DNA of 64,000 nucleotides from an uncultured Candidatus Saccharibacteria bacterium (GTDB lineage Bacteria; Patescibacteriota; Saccharimonadia; CAILAD01; BJGX01): NCBI GenBank assembly GCA_964610335.1, contig CAZSVP010000001.1, positions 23,057 to 87,056 of the forward strand, read 5' to 3'. Shown piece by piece: positions 34,659 to 44,667 of this stretch (position 1 is its first letter; each line of letters starts with the position of its first letter). The notes under the pieces were generated by a model. It saw only the letters and a program-made list of their open reading frames with translations, ran no database searches and was not told where the DNA came from. The position numbers and the translations under genes were made by a program.

Positions 34659-35859
34659 ATCCTATGGTAGCTGCTCCAGCCAGTACGAGCAACCAACCCC
34701 AGAAGTTTGTGTTCTTGGCTGTCTCTGTTGCTTTGTCGGTGATGGCACCTATTGGAGTATTCTTGGCATCAGCAGCTTTCTTACTACTTGCTGCCTTTGT
34801 TGACTTAGCCTTAGCAACAGTTGCTTTTGCCTTCTTGGAGGACTTTGAGCTTGAGGTAGTTGCGCTGGTTTCGGTAGGCTCAACAAGCGCTGCAGTATTT
34901 GCGCTATTTGGGCTTGGCGATGTTGTCCAGTTCCAAATACCACCAACGACTCCCCAGCTAAGACCTTCCTTGGCTTCGCCGTAATCTTCACTTTGATCAA
35001 TCACATCACCGTTTGGTGCAAGTAGGTCTATACTATCGCCCGAGTTATTAAGGGACAGTTTCGTATCACCACTTGTGAATGTAATATAGCCGCTAGCAGG
35101 TATACTTACATCGCCGATGGTAAACATGGCACCGCCAGAGTCGCGCAGGCGCCATCCATTGAGGTTTACTTCCACGCCGTTTGGATTAAATAATTCAATA
35201 AACTCGTCAGACGTGTCGCTTTGTGGGCTGGCTGGGTTTGGAAACAACTCATTGATACGCAGACTAGGATAGCTAGTTGGCTCAGTCTCAGGTGATTGGG
35301 TAACAATGGTTGGTGCATGAAGTGTCGCGCTGGTAGCTAGTGCAAAATCATTGTAGTTATTCTGTGTGTCTACAAACAGTGACAGTGGGCTATCATATTC
35401 ACGGTATATCACTTCTCCGACTGCAGGTGATGGCACCGCTGTTACCAAGGGACTATCCCCTTCACCCCAAGCAACTTGGTCTATAGAGTTGCTATTAGAA
35501 TCACGTAGCTGGATGTTGCCACTTGTTTGCGCCATACCACTACTCAATACGGAATCGCCATCTGCCTCAGTTGATATTACCCAGTACTGTTTTGGTTGCA
35601 ATACAGTCCCGGTAGGAATAGTTGCTTTTTTGGTCCAAGTTTTACCAGTTGCTGACTTGTAGTATAGAAACCAACCAGAAATATCCACCGCTGCATCAGA
35701 CGGGTTATACAATTCCACAAATTCATCTGAAGCTGAAGCACTTGAGCTAACCTGAAGCTCCGTGATCAATATGGGAGTTGTGGCAGCCTGTACCTTTATT
35801 GGTAAAAGTATCAACGCCATGACAAGCATAACTACGTACAAAAATCGAACACTTTTCAT
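34561..35859 (-). CDS. secreted lamin-tail-domain (LTD) protein: two LTD repeats + Ser/Lys-rich linker + C-terminal TM anchor
   Basis: Signal peptide. ITELQVSSSASASDEFVELYNPSDAAVDISGWFL and RINELFPNPASPQSDTSDEFIELFNPNGVEVNLNGWRL are two LTD signatures. A …SSSKSSKKAKATVAKAKSTKAASSKKAADAK… linker precedes the TM WGWLLVLAGAATIGYGIYEY. Confidence 0.65.
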   Translation of the reverse strand: MKSVRFLYVVMLVMALILLPIKVQAATTPILITELQVSSSASASDEFVELYNPSDAAVDISGWFLYYKSATGKTWTKKATIPTGTVLQPKQYWVISTEADGDSVLSSGMAQTSGNIQLRDSNSNSIDQVAWGEGDSPLVTAVPSPAVGEVIYREYDSPLSLFVDTQNNYNDFALATSATLHAPTIVTQSPETEPTSYPSLRINELFPNPASPQSDTSDEFIELFNPNGVEVNLNGWRLRDSGGAMFTIGDVSIPASGYITFTSGDTKLSLNNSGDSIDLLAPNGDVIDQSEDYGEAKEGLSWGVVGGIWNWTTSPSPNSANTAALVEPTETSATTSSSKSSKKAKATVAKAKSTKAASSKKAADAKNTPIGAITDKATETAKNTNFWGWLLVLAGAATIGYGIYEYRTEITNLYHRCREAIIARRTTRPGNS

Positions 35860-35963
35860 AATTGCTATTCTACGAACATGCCAAAAGTTTTGGCAAGCAT
35901 GTAGCAGTATTAATTTTGTAACTTCGTTGACGTAAGTAGTATGAACACCTTACAATAGAGGTC

Positions 35964-36377
35964 ATGTTAGAAGTACTACAAGGCAAACGAAACGGTTTTA
36001 CCCTACTCGAACTGGTGGTAGTGGTAGTGGTAGTGGTAATACTTGCACTGCTAATCATCCCAAACCTACTCTCTGGCCCAGCCAGAGCACGTGATGCTCA
36101 ACGCAAAGCTGATTTGCGCAACATCAAAACCTCACTTGAAAGCTACTACAACGACAATGGGTTCTACCCAAACAGTTTGAGCCAATTGGAAGGTGGTGCT
36201 GTACCATACATCAAACAAGTTCCAACCGATCCTAAAACCAAGCAACCATATAAGTACACTCCTATCGGAAACCCGCCCCTTGAGTTTACGTTACAGGCAA
36301 CGCTCGAGAATAAGTCTGACAAAGACATCAAGCCAGGCACTACAAACATATACGAACTGACAAATAGCTCTCAATAA
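35964..36377 (+). CDS. type IV pilin / pseudopilin (prepilin-type N-terminal cleavage-methylation domain)
   Basis: MLEVLQGKRNG|FTLLELVVVVVVVVILALLII is a class III signal peptide with the G/F cleavage site and Glu at +5. It is the only + strand protein gene in the right-hand 38 kb. Confidence 0.75.
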   Translation: MLEVLQGKRNGFTLLELVVVVVVVVILALLIIPNLLSGPARARDAQRKADLRNIKTSLESYYNDNGFYPNSLSQLEGGAVPYIKQVPTDPKTKQPYKYTPIGNPPLEFTLQATLENKSDKDIKPGTTNIYELTNSSQ

Positions 36378-36428
36378 AGAAATCATCTACGGCGATAGCT
36401 GTAGCACTATCGAAACCTGATATTATAT

Positions 36429-37199
36429 CTAGTCCTCAAGGGGGTTTTTGGGTAGATTCTTGGGTGCTGAATCGGGTTCTGGCTGAATAGTAGGTGAAGC
36501 TTGAGCCGGAGGCACATAAGTACCGGCAATTGGTTGTGCAGGCTGATCGGATGTTGGTGGCTGAGCTTGAGCTGGCGGCTGAGCCGGTGCGGTGGATGCC
36601 TGGGGATTCTGAACGGGCTGGCTCATGGCATGAGCCATAGCATGCTCTTCCTCGCGTATAGCAACGCCATCGTCTTGCTGCATAACAAGTTTGTGCATTT
36701 CTAGTATGTAGTGCTCTAGCTCATATGGGTTTGGCACGTAGTCAAATATAAAGTTTTTGTCTTCACCGGCAGTTTGGACATTGAGTGTGCCATAGCCAAA
36801 GATAGTTTGAAATGGTCCATTGACCTTGGCTGAAACATCTTGGATACGTGTCCAGCTTAGTGTAGATACTTTTCTATTGAAAAGACCCATTTGATCTATA
36901 TCTACAAGGTGAATGTTGGTAACAACAATCATGTTGTGGCGCCAAATCCAAAATATAGCCAACATCAAGAATATAATGATTAGGAACAAAATCAGTCCTG
37001 CTAGCCCGTAAATATTCGGATCGATTGTAAGCGAGAAAGTACTGGGGTTGGCCGAGGCATACATAAGTAACACCATGCCAAGTAGACCTAACACAATTAA
37101 GCCTACCAACATAGGCATAATTGAAAACAAATGTTTGTGAACTACTCGCTTAGTTATCTCTTCATCCTGCTGGCCAGGATATCGAAAATGGGTTTCCAT
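36429..37199 (-). CDS. membrane protein with bacterial PH domain (bPH_2/YdbS-like) and Pro/Gln-rich C-terminal tail
   Basis: Two TM helices, then …IHLVDIDQMGLFNRKVSTLSWTRIQDVSAKVNGPFQTIFGYGTLNVQTAGEDKNFIFDYVPNPYELEHYI…. Confidence 0.55.
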   Translation of the reverse strand: METHFRYPGQQDEEITKRVVHKHLFSIMPMLVGLIVLGLLGMVLLMYASANPSTFSLTIDPNIYGLAGLILFLIIIFLMLAIFWIWRHNMIVVTNIHLVDIDQMGLFNRKVSTLSWTRIQDVSAKVNGPFQTIFGYGTLNVQTAGEDKNFIFDYVPNPYELEHYILEMHKLVMQQDDGVAIREEEHAMAHAMSQPVQNPQASTAPAQPPAQAQPPTSDQPAQPIAGTYVPPAQASPTIQPEPDSAPKNLPKNPLED

Positions 37200-37226
37200 A
37201 AGTACTAGTCTAGCAGAAAAACCAGT

Positions 37227-38264
37227 TTAGAGCAGCTTAGGCTGTTTGGTATTGTCGGCAGGCTGCTTAATCTTCAGGTGTTTGTAAGCTCGAGGGGTTG
37301 CCTTGCGCCCGCGTGTGGTGCGTTCCAAGAACCCGATTTGAAGTAAATAGGGCTCGTATACATCCTCAATGGTCTGGCGTTCTTCACCGGCACTTGCAGC
37401 CAGTGTGCCTACGCCGACCGGTCCGCCATTGTATTGTTCAATAATAGTTTGCATTACCTTGCGATCGGCATTCTCAAGTCCGTATTCGTCTATCTCTAGA
37501 AGCTGAAGAGTCGCTTCCAGCGCCTCGGGTGTAATATCACCACTGCCGTGTACTTGGGCCCAGTCACGCACCCGCTTTAGTAGACGATTGGCTATGCGTG
37601 GCGTTAAACGCACACGATGTGACATCTGCTCGAGTGCATTAGGATCAATCTTGATGCCGAGCAAACTAGCATTACGGTCAATAATTTGAGATATCTCAGA
37701 TGGTTGATAATATTCGAGCTTGCCAACTATGCCAAATCTATCTCGCAGTGGAGCTGATAGCGCACCAAATCGAGTAGTTGCGCCCACCAACGTAAACTTT
37801 GGTAGATCAAGCCGTACGCTTTGGGCGGCTGGTCCTTTGCCAAGCATGATGTCGATGGCATAATCTTCCATCGCCGGGTACAGCACTTCCTCGACTGTCT
37901 TAGAGAGCCTATGTATCTCATCGATAAACAATACATCGCCTTCTTCGAGGTTGGTAAGCAATGACGCCAAGTCCCCAGCTCTTTCTACCGCCGGGCCACT
38001 GGTGATCTTGATATTACGATTAAGCTCACGAGCAATCACATGGGCAAGTGTCGTCTTGCCTAATCCTGGCGGACCATAAAGTAGTACGTGATCGATTGGT
38101 TCATTGCGTTTGGCTGCGGCAGTAATAGTAAGCTGCAGATTCTTCTTGAGTGTTGGCTGTCCCACATAGTCACGAAAAGTTTGAGGGCGCAGAGTATCTT
38201 CGAACTTCACGTCGGCTTCGATTGAATCTACTTGCTTTGGCTTTGGTTCTTGTCGCTCTATCAC
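37227..38264 (-). CDS. ruvB: Holliday junction branch migration ATPase RuvB
   Basis: Walker [19 protein letters not shown], Walker [12 protein letters not shown], and a RuvB C-terminal winged helix. Confidence 0.92.
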   Translation of the reverse strand: MIERQEPKPKQVDSIEADVKFEDTLRPQTFRDYVGQPTLKKNLQLTITAAAKRNEPIDHVLLYGPPGLGKTTLAHVIARELNRNIKITSGPAVERAGDLASLLTNLEEGDVLFIDEIHRLSKTVEEVLYPAMEDYAIDIMLGKGPAAQSVRLDLPKFTLVGATTRFGALSAPLRDRFGIVGKLEYYQPSEISQIIDRNASLLGIKIDPNALEQMSHRVRLTPRIANRLLKRVRDWAQVHGSGDITPEALEATLQLLEIDEYGLENADRKVMQTIIEQYNGGPVGVGTLAASAGEERQTIEDVYEPYLLQIGFLERTTRGRKATPRAYKHLKIKQPADNTKQPKLL

Positions 38265-38821
38265 GAATGTAATCCTTTTAGGGCTAGACGAATACGATCT
38301 TGAGTATCTAGCTTGGCATCAACATCCTTGAGCGCCTTACGGGCATCGTCGGTAGTAAATCCAAGTTGTTTTAGTGCCAGTACAGCAGGATCGTCGTTGG
38401 CACTGACAGGTGCTTCTGCTTCCACAATCTTACCCTTCAACTCCAGAATAATTCTCTGTGCAGTTTTTTTACCAATGCCCGATACATTGCTAAACAGTGT
38501 GATGTCTCCCGTGATAGTGGCAGTTTGGACTTCGTCTACCGTATGTTTGCCAAGAATTGCCATGGCAGCCTTTGGCCCCACACCGTTGACCGAGGTGAGT
38601 TGATAGTAACAAACCCGCTGATCGAGTGTGGCAAAGCCATATAGAGTGTACTCGTCTTCCTTGATATTCTCCGCAATGTAAAACGATGCTGGCTGACCAA
38701 TAGTAAGCTCGCTAAGCTCACTTGCCGAAGGCACAACTTCGTAGCCCACGCCACTGGTAATCTCCACTATGGCGCTATGAGGCATGAGTTCTATAACTGT
38801 TCCGGTTATTTTCGCAATCAC
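38261..38821 (-). CDS. ruvA: Holliday junction DNA helicase subunit RuvA
   Basis: [29 protein letters not shown]… and the HhH motifs (…[13 protein letters not shown]…, …[12 protein letters not shown]…). Confidence 0.88.
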   Translation of the reverse strand: MIAKITGTVIELMPHSAIVEITSGVGYEVVPSASELSELTIGQPASFYIAENIKEDEYTLYGFATLDQRVCYYQLTSVNGVGPKAAMAILGKHTVDEVQTATITGDITLFSNVSGIGKKTAQRIILELKGKIVEAEAPVSANDDPAVLALKQLGFTTDDARKALKDVDAKLDTQDRIRLALKGLHS

Positions 38822-38845
38822 AGATGCATTATAGCATCAAATGCT

Positions 38846-39010
38846 CTATCGGCGACGTCTGAATAGTTTGGCAACCCAATGAAAAATAGCCCCCAGAATT
38901 GAGAATATACAAACTATTACTACTATCACTGCCAGCCACACAAGCAACTGAATGATGTCACAGTTCTGTGTGCATGCAAACTGGTAGTTGAAGAGAGGCA
39001 CTTGAATCAT
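38846..39010 (-). CDS. possible small membrane protein (54 aa) immediately downstream of ruvC
   Basis: AAGGAG sits 12 nt upstream of an ATG (MIQVPLFNYQFACTQNC…LLVWLAVIVVIVCIFSILGAIFHWVAKLFRRRR). Hydrophobic helix with a basic tail. Uncertain. Confidence 0.3.
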   Translation of the reverse strand: MIQVPLFNYQFACTQNCDIIQLLVWLAVIVVIVCIFSILGAIFHWVAKLFRRRR

Positions 39011-39017
39011 AAGCTTA

Positions 39018-39488
39018 TTATACTCCTTTATTACTTCCTGCGATTGCAATTGCCAGTGCATCCGCCGCATCGTCCGGCTGAGGTAGCTGATCGAGCTTAA
39101 GTAACCGCATCACCATCTCTTGTACTTGTGGTTTCTTGGCTTGACCGTTGCCCGTGACAGCACTCTTGATTTGTAGCGGTGTAAATTCGAGTGGCGTAAG
39201 TCCATGACTGGCTATTACATATAAAATCACACCCCGAGCCTGCGACACAGCCATGGCAGTAGTGACATTGGTAGCAAAATAAAGCTTTTCAACTGCCACT
39301 ATGTCTGGGTTGTGAGATTTGATAAGTTGATCTAAGTCATCGGCCAACATTACCAGCCGCTTACCCATCTCTACTCCCACCGGCGTACTCACAATGCCAT
39401 AATCGACCATACTAAGCTTGCCATTTTCCTTGTTAACCACCCCAAAGCCAGTGGTAGCTGTGCCAGGGTCAATGCCGAGAATGATCAT
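39018..39488 (-). CDS. ruvC: crossover junction endodeoxyribonuclease RuvC
   Basis: MIILGIDPGTATTGFGVV… with catalytic acidic residues (…VAVEKLYF…, …DDAADALAIAI…). Confidence 0.88.
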   Translation of the reverse strand: MIILGIDPGTATTGFGVVNKENGKLSMVDYGIVSTPVGVEMGKRLVMLADDLDQLIKSHNPDIVAVEKLYFATNVTTAMAVSQARGVILYVIASHGLTPLEFTPLQIKSAVTGNGQAKKPQVQEMVMRLLKLDQLPQPDDAADALAIAIAGSNKGV

Positions 39489-40009
39489 TAGAATCTTACT
39501 CTTACTTTCTCAGCCATTTCTTTAGTGCAGACATATGGAAGTACATCGGAATTGGCAGTTTTTAGCTCTATCATGTCCCAGCCAGGCCGTTCGTAAATGC
39601 TCGCGTCTTCAATACTTCCACTTCGAACTGATTGCTTTAGCTTATTGTATTTCAACTCAGGCAGAACGAAGTCTATGTCACCCACTTGTGGACTATCCCC
39701 ACTAGGTTTACGAATATAAAGCCATTCGTAGGTAGCTGCCGGTACATCATTACTATCAGCTATTACAATTGGGTCGATTAATTGAAAGTATTTTTGATTT
39801 GGATCATCCGATGGTTTAGTTTGCTCCTTTCGAAACTGTGTAAGTAGTTCATACTCGTCATCAAAGTGACAAAACACTCCAACGTCCCCGGCAACTGATA
39901 AGTACTCTCCAATTATTTGTTTACAAAGTTTGTGGCACTCTGTATGTAGATAGTTAATAGCCTGTTCTAGTTCTGACTTTGACTTGATTGGGCTAAAACG
40001 ATAATCCAT
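39488..40009 (-). CDS. hypothetical protein
   Basis: 173 aa soluble protein with no recognisable motif, sitting between yebC and ruvC. Confidence 0.4.
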   Translation of the reverse strand: MDYRFSPIKSKSELEQAINYLHTECHKLCKQIIGEYLSVAGDVGVFCHFDDEYELLTQFRKEQTKPSDDPNQKYFQLIDPIVIADSNDVPAATYEWLYIRKPSGDSPQVGDIDFVLPELKYNKLKQSVRSGSIEDASIYERPGWDMIELKTANSDVLPYVCTKEMAEKVRVRF

Positions 40010-40746
40010 TATTCCAGCGTACTCATAATTTCGTCGGGGATATCAAAGTTGCTAGTTACTTCTACTACATCATCAAGGTCATCGAGTGCTTCCATGAGGT
40101 TGAGAATAGTCTTAGCTTTGCCGGCATCATCAACAACCACCGTTTGGTTGGCTTCGAGCTTCACCTCGGCACTTTCGACATTATCTTCGCCTAGCGCATC
40201 GCGGACTTTCTCCAAATCGTTTGGCGATGTGTACACCACGAGTTGGTCGCCACTGTCATCGATGTCTGTAGCGCCAGCCTCAATCGCAATTAGACTAAGT
40301 TCGTCTTTGTCGATGCCCTCTTTGCACACAACAATGCCTTTTTGCTCAAAAAGATAACTCACACTCCCGGGTGCTCCTAAGTTACCACCATGTTTACTAA
40401 ACGCAGCCTTAACAGCTGGCGCTGTGCGGTTACGGTTGTCGGTGAGAGCTTTGACAAGCACAGCCACTCCGGCTGGTCCATATCCCTCATATGCCAACTC
40501 CTCGAGCCTAGCACCGTCCCCGTTGCCAGCACCACGAGCAATGGCACGCTCTATGTTGTTGGCTGGTACATTGGCTGCTTTGGCTTTTTGGATAGCAAGG
40601 CGTAGTTTGAAGTTCATAGTAGGATCAGCACCACCTTGTGCTGCTACAGCAATTTCTGCAGCCATCTTGGTAAATACCTTGCCACGCTTAGCGTCAGTAA
40701 TACCTTTTTTATGTTTTATACTGTGCCACTTTGAATGCCCACTCAT
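40009..40746 (-). CDS. yebC: YebC/PmpR family DNA-binding transcriptional regulator
   Basis: MSGHSKWHSIKHKKGITDAKRGKVFTK…, the family-defining N-terminus. Confidence 0.88.
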   Translation of the reverse strand: MSGHSKWHSIKHKKGITDAKRGKVFTKMAAEIAVAAQGGADPTMNFKLRLAIQKAKAANVPANNIERAIARGAGNGDGARLEELAYEGYGPAGVAVLVKALTDNRNRTAPAVKAAFSKHGGNLGAPGSVSYLFEQKGIVVCKEGIDKDELSLIAIEAGATDIDDSGDQLVVYTSPNDLEKVRDALGEDNVESAEVKLEANQTVVVDDAGKAKTILNLMEALDDLDDVVEVTSNFDIPDEIMSTLE

Positions 40747-40779
40747 GTCGAACTCCTGTCGAGCCTCTACTTTTGCGAA

Positions 40780-42324
40780 TTACTTAGTTGATTGGCTGCG
40801 CTGCGACTTCAGCGTACGAAGTTTGTACGTCTCAGCCGACAGCTTGCCATCGCCTTGAACTTCATCAAAACTAGCAGGCTCTTTACTGTTAGCTATTGGT
40901 GAAATTATAGCATTTTTCAGATCATTTTGGAACAGCTTGAGCCGAGGGTTGCGAGTTGTAAGACCTATCCATATAAGTAGTACTGAGTAGTAAGTAGTAA
41001 TTTGCCAAAGGCTCGGCTGGATGATATTGATTTGAGATATTCGCCAACTGCTGATATAGCGCAACAAGTCAAACAGCACATTTGTACCATATGCCAACCA
41101 CGTCCCCATAACAATCGAAGCACCAGGCACCAGCAAGTGTAATACTACCAAGGCCATGCCTACCATCATAAGTGGTGGGATGATTGGCATGACTATTAGA
41201 TTGGCCAATGGCGCTATCAGACTTATTTGCCCAAACTTGTAAGCTACTAATCCTAATGTAGCTATTTGAGCTGCCAGTGTAACTGCCAGTAACTCCATAA
41301 GGAGTTTTGGCCTAGATGGTAGTAGCAATTGCAATCTTGGGGTTAGTACAACTATTCCCACAAGTGATAAAAATGACAATTGCCAACTCAAATCACTTAG
41401 TAAGTACGATGGGCTAATAGTAACCATAATGGCTGCACAAATACCAAGTGCGGGCAAAACTGCTCGATCCTTGCCGTAATATCTAAGTACCAAGAATATT
41501 GAGGTCATGATCCCGGCACGCATGATTGAGGCGCCGGCACCTGTGAGTAGCACAAACCCCCATACCAGCCACAATGAGATCGCCAATCCACCCCAGCGCC
41601 AACGGCCGTTGAGCAGTCGATCGAGCATACCAGCTAGGATTGAAAGATTGTAGCCCGACACCGCAATCACATGAGACAGACCTAACACTGTTAGCATATC
41701 CTGCAAATCCTTCGGTAACGATGATCGCTCGCCAATCAATATCCCGACCATGAAGTCACTGCTGGGCTTGGGCAAAGTAGCACCGACCTCGTTGATCAAC
41801 CAATCCTTGGCTCGGATCTCAATCGGCTGGTTGGCGCTAATAACATCTACTTTGGCATAGCGTACACCTGCCTCTGTACGCCCGAGGGTTGGCCAGAGCT
41901 TACCACTCACCTGGACACGATTACCTTGTTTAGCTATTCCAGTAAGCGATTTAACTCTGATGTTATGATCAAACTGTTTGCCATTGATCGAAACACTGCC
42001 AATCTCAAATACATATTCTCCTTGTTGATCCCAGCTTGGCCGAGTTGCTACAGTACCAACTGCCACAATCTTTTGGCCAAGAAAGTTTGTATATGAATAT
42101 TGCTGTGCTTGTGAAAAGTAGAGATCCCCTCTCCAAATGCCAAGGCTTAAGCCAATCACCGCAAGTAGCACATAGGCATATTTAGAGTGGACAGTCGCCA
42201 AAGCTAACACACAATAAGCTGTTAACAGCAAGATCAAATTTGGCTGTATCAAAAAATGAGCGCTATAAACAATACCAACCAGAAAGCCTAATGCGAGTAT
42301 AATTATTTGGACAGTTCGACGCAT
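40780..42324 (-). CDS. comEC: ComEC/Rec2 family competence membrane protein (DUF4131 + competence domain; no metallo-beta-lactamase domain)
   Basis: N-terminal TM pair, an OB/DUF4131-like region, then …VLGLSHVIAVSGYNLSILAGML… and about 8 further TM helices. 514 aa. Confidence 0.7.
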   Translation of the reverse strand: MRRTVQIIILALGFLVGIVYSAHFLIQPNLILLLTAYCVLALATVHSKYAYVLLAVIGLSLGIWRGDLYFSQAQQYSYTNFLGQKIVAVGTVATRPSWDQQGEYVFEIGSVSINGKQFDHNIRVKSLTGIAKQGNRVQVSGKLWPTLGRTEAGVRYAKVDVISANQPIEIRAKDWLINEVGATLPKPSSDFMVGILIGERSSLPKDLQDMLTVLGLSHVIAVSGYNLSILAGMLDRLLNGRWRWGGLAISLWLVWGFVLLTGAGASIMRAGIMTSIFLVLRYYGKDRAVLPALGICAAIMVTISPSYLLSDLSWQLSFLSLVGIVVLTPRLQLLLPSRPKLLMELLAVTLAAQIATLGLVAYKFGQISLIAPLANLIVMPIIPPLMMVGMALVVLHLLVPGASIVMGTWLAYGTNVLFDLLRYISSWRISQINIIQPSLWQITTYYSVLLIWIGLTTRNPRLKLFQNDLKNAIISPIANSKEPASFDEVQGDGKLSAETYKLRTLKSQRSQSTK

Positions 42325-42400
42325 ACATCATAGATTAGTACTATGAGCATTTTATAGACAAGCATAATAAATAAAAAATCCGCACACGGCGGAAATCTCA

Positions 42401-42477
42401 TGGAGGGCCCGGTGGGACTCGAACCCACGACACCCTGCTTAAAAGGCAGGTGCTCTAACCAACTGAGCTACGGGCCC
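42401..42477 (-). tRNA. tRNA-Lys (anticodon TTT), CCA encoded
   Basis: Reverse complement: GGGCCCGTAGCTCAGTTGGTTAGAGCACCTGCCTTTTAAGCAGGGTG…GGTTCGAGTCCCACCGGGCCCTCCA. Confidence 0.85.
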
Positions 42478-42550
42478 TTACGGTTTAGTACATGTAAGAG
42501 CAATTAATCTACTTTTAACCTGATTATTCTACTGCTTTTGAAGACAAAAA

Positions 42551-43714
42551 TCAATGCTCACGATCTTGTATGTGAGATTTGTACCGAGCATTGGCATCGC
42601 GAGCTGCGTCGCCCATAAGTTCAGCAATGCTACGCCTGTGAACATCGGCTAGTTCTTCGGCACCGTGTTGTCTGGCAAGAGAGTACTTTGGAGGTACCGG
42701 GAACCACATGTTTAGCTCCATAACTCTCCAACGCTGGCCATCCCACGCAGCGTCTACTGCCCCATGCAAATGGTTTACTTCTGCCCTGGTTAGTATGTCA
42801 TTGGCTATTGTGGTTGCCATACTTTCCAATTCAGGTGGCAAGTGTTGCTGAATATCAAGCAAAAGCCAATCGTCGTCTTCAGTATCTCTAGTGCGTACTG
42901 TTTGGTCACCCTTGGGCTTAAATAGCCTCGCATAAGGTATGATCAACTTCTTATCACCCCAGTACAGCATCAGTCGAACTTCCTTGGGGTCATGTTTGTG
43001 TGCCTCATAATCTTGCTTGCAGCTTGATATTACTGCATTGGCTATTTCACTAGGGAAGGGTTGTTTTGTATCAATCAACTCTTGCAACAAGTAGCCGTGT
43101 TCGCGATTGAGATTCAAATCAATCTGGCCATCGGCACTCAACAAATGTGTTGTCCCGTCTTGTTGTACCTCTACCTTGTACTTGTTGTCGTCCAGCAAAT
43201 CTTGTTTGGGTACTATAAGCCGACCTCGGCTATCCTCAGACTTAACAGGTTTTAATACCACTGAGTCAGTACCAATATCTTGCAACTGCTTTTTTAACTT
43301 GTCAGGCTCGACGACCAAAGTAAGTGGCTGTAAATCACCTATAAACTCATAAGCCTTGTCTTTCTCGTCAAGTTCTCTTACCTTAGCTGCATTTACAACA
43401 CTTGGCCCAAACTGCTCAACCTCTGGTGCAATGTCACGTCCGTAGGTACGAATCGAAGTTGCCCCTACCGGCATCTCTTGATCCGCCGGGCTGGTTTTGA
43501 CATGCAAGCTATCACCATCTCTTTCAATATTGACGGCATACGGCACTACCATCCCTGACTCCATATCAAACTGTTCGTTGCCACGTACTACAAAGACTTC
43601 TACCCCTTGGCCATGAAGTTCCTCAATAACTCTACGATAGCCCTCACCACTCAAAGTCTTGTCGCTACCATAACCTTCACGAAAGTACATCAAGGATTTA
43701 TCATTGGTTTCCAT
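42551..43714 (-). CDS. hypothetical protein, possibly a divergent ATP-grasp-fold enzyme
   Basis: 387 aa. The C-terminal half has ATP-grasp-like segments (…KEVRLMLYWGDKKLIIPYARLF…, …HGAVDAAWDGQRWRVMELNMWFPVP…) that resemble the RimK DLRVxVVGxxVV / [20 protein letters not shown] regions. Weak. Confidence 0.3.
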   Translation of the reverse strand: METNDKSLMYFREGYGSDKTLSGEGYRRVIEELHGQGVEVFVVRGNEQFDMESGMVVPYAVNIERDGDSLHVKTSPADQEMPVGATSIRTYGRDIAPEVEQFGPSVVNAAKVRELDEKDKAYEFIGDLQPLTLVVEPDKLKKQLQDIGTDSVVLKPVKSEDSRGRLIVPKQDLLDDNKYKVEVQQDGTTHLLSADGQIDLNLNREHGYLLQELIDTKQPFPSEIANAVISSCKQDYEAHKHDPKEVRLMLYWGDKKLIIPYARLFKPKGDQTVRTRDTEDDDWLLLDIQQHLPPELESMATTIANDILTRAEVNHLHGAVDAAWDGQRWRVMELNMWFPVPPKYSLARQHGAEELADVHRRSIAELMGDAARDANARYKSHIQDREH

Positions 43715-43757
43715 ACCAACAATTGTAACTTAAATGGCTATAAATTAGTAATGCTTA

Positions 43758-44663
43758 CTAGGCGCCGATACGATCTTTACGGCGTTTGCCAAGAGCCTTG
43801 TCAACGACATAGTCAATGATCTCACCAGCTATGTCTTCACCCGTTTGCTGTTCAATGCCTTGCAGGCCAGGGCTGGAGTTTACCTCTAGCACCAGTGGTC
43901 CTTTTTGTGAGCGAATAATGTCAACTCCTGCTATGTTAAGCCCTAGCGTTCGAGCTGCCTTGATCGCCACATTGGCTTCTTTCTTGGTAAGTTCTGCTGG
44001 TTGGGCCTTACCACCGCGATGTAGGTTGCTACGAAAATCACCTTCAGCTCCCTTGCGAAGCATAGCACCTACAACTCGATCCCCCACAACTATTACTCTC
44101 AAATCTGCTCCGTTGGCTTCCTCAATAAATTCTTGGATTAATATGTTGGCACCTAGCCCATAAAATGCATCGATTACTGACTTGGCAGCTTTCTTTGTTT
44201 CGGCCAGAACCACACCAATACCATGAGTACCTTCTAATAGTTTAATAATCACAGGTGTGCCACCAACCATATCAAGTAGCTCCTCGGTGTATTCACCTTC
44301 ACGAGCAAAGACTGTCTTGGGAATATTTACTCCAGAACGAGCAAGTATCTGCATGCTACGTAGCTTGTCGCGACTGCGTACCAAGGCCAGTGAGCTAACA
44401 GAACAATACTTACGCATCATCTCAAACTGCCTGATAACCGCACTACCATAAGAAGTGATGGATTGACCAATTCGAGGAATTACTATGTCTACATCGGCTA
44501 GTGACTCGCCTTCAAATACGATGTTAGGTTTGTTGGACTCAATGTCCATATAGCATTTTGCATGATTCACTACCAACGCCTCATGGCCTCGTTTTTCACA
44601 AGCTTCTACAAGTCGCATAGTAGTATAGTTTTTGGGGCCTCTTGAGAGGATAGCAATTTTCAT
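43758..44663 (-). CDS. rimK: RimK-family alpha-L-glutamate ligase (ATP-grasp)
   Basis: [18 protein letters not shown]…[19 protein letters not shown]…[44 protein letters not shown]…[26 protein letters not shown]. Confidence 0.85.
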   Translation of the reverse strand: MKIAILSRGPKNYTTMRLVEACEKRGHEALVVNHAKCYMDIESNKPNIVFEGESLADVDIVIPRIGQSITSYGSAVIRQFEMMRKYCSVSSLALVRSRDKLRSMQILARSGVNIPKTVFAREGEYTEELLDMVGGTPVIIKLLEGTHGIGVVLAETKKAAKSVIDAFYGLGANILIQEFIEEANGADLRVIVVGDRVVGAMLRKGAEGDFRSNLHRGGKAQPAELTKKEANVAIKAARTLGLNIAGVDIIRSQKGPLVLEVNSSPGLQGIEQQTGEDIAGEIIDYVVDKALGKRRKDRIGA

Positions 44664-44667
44664 AGTC

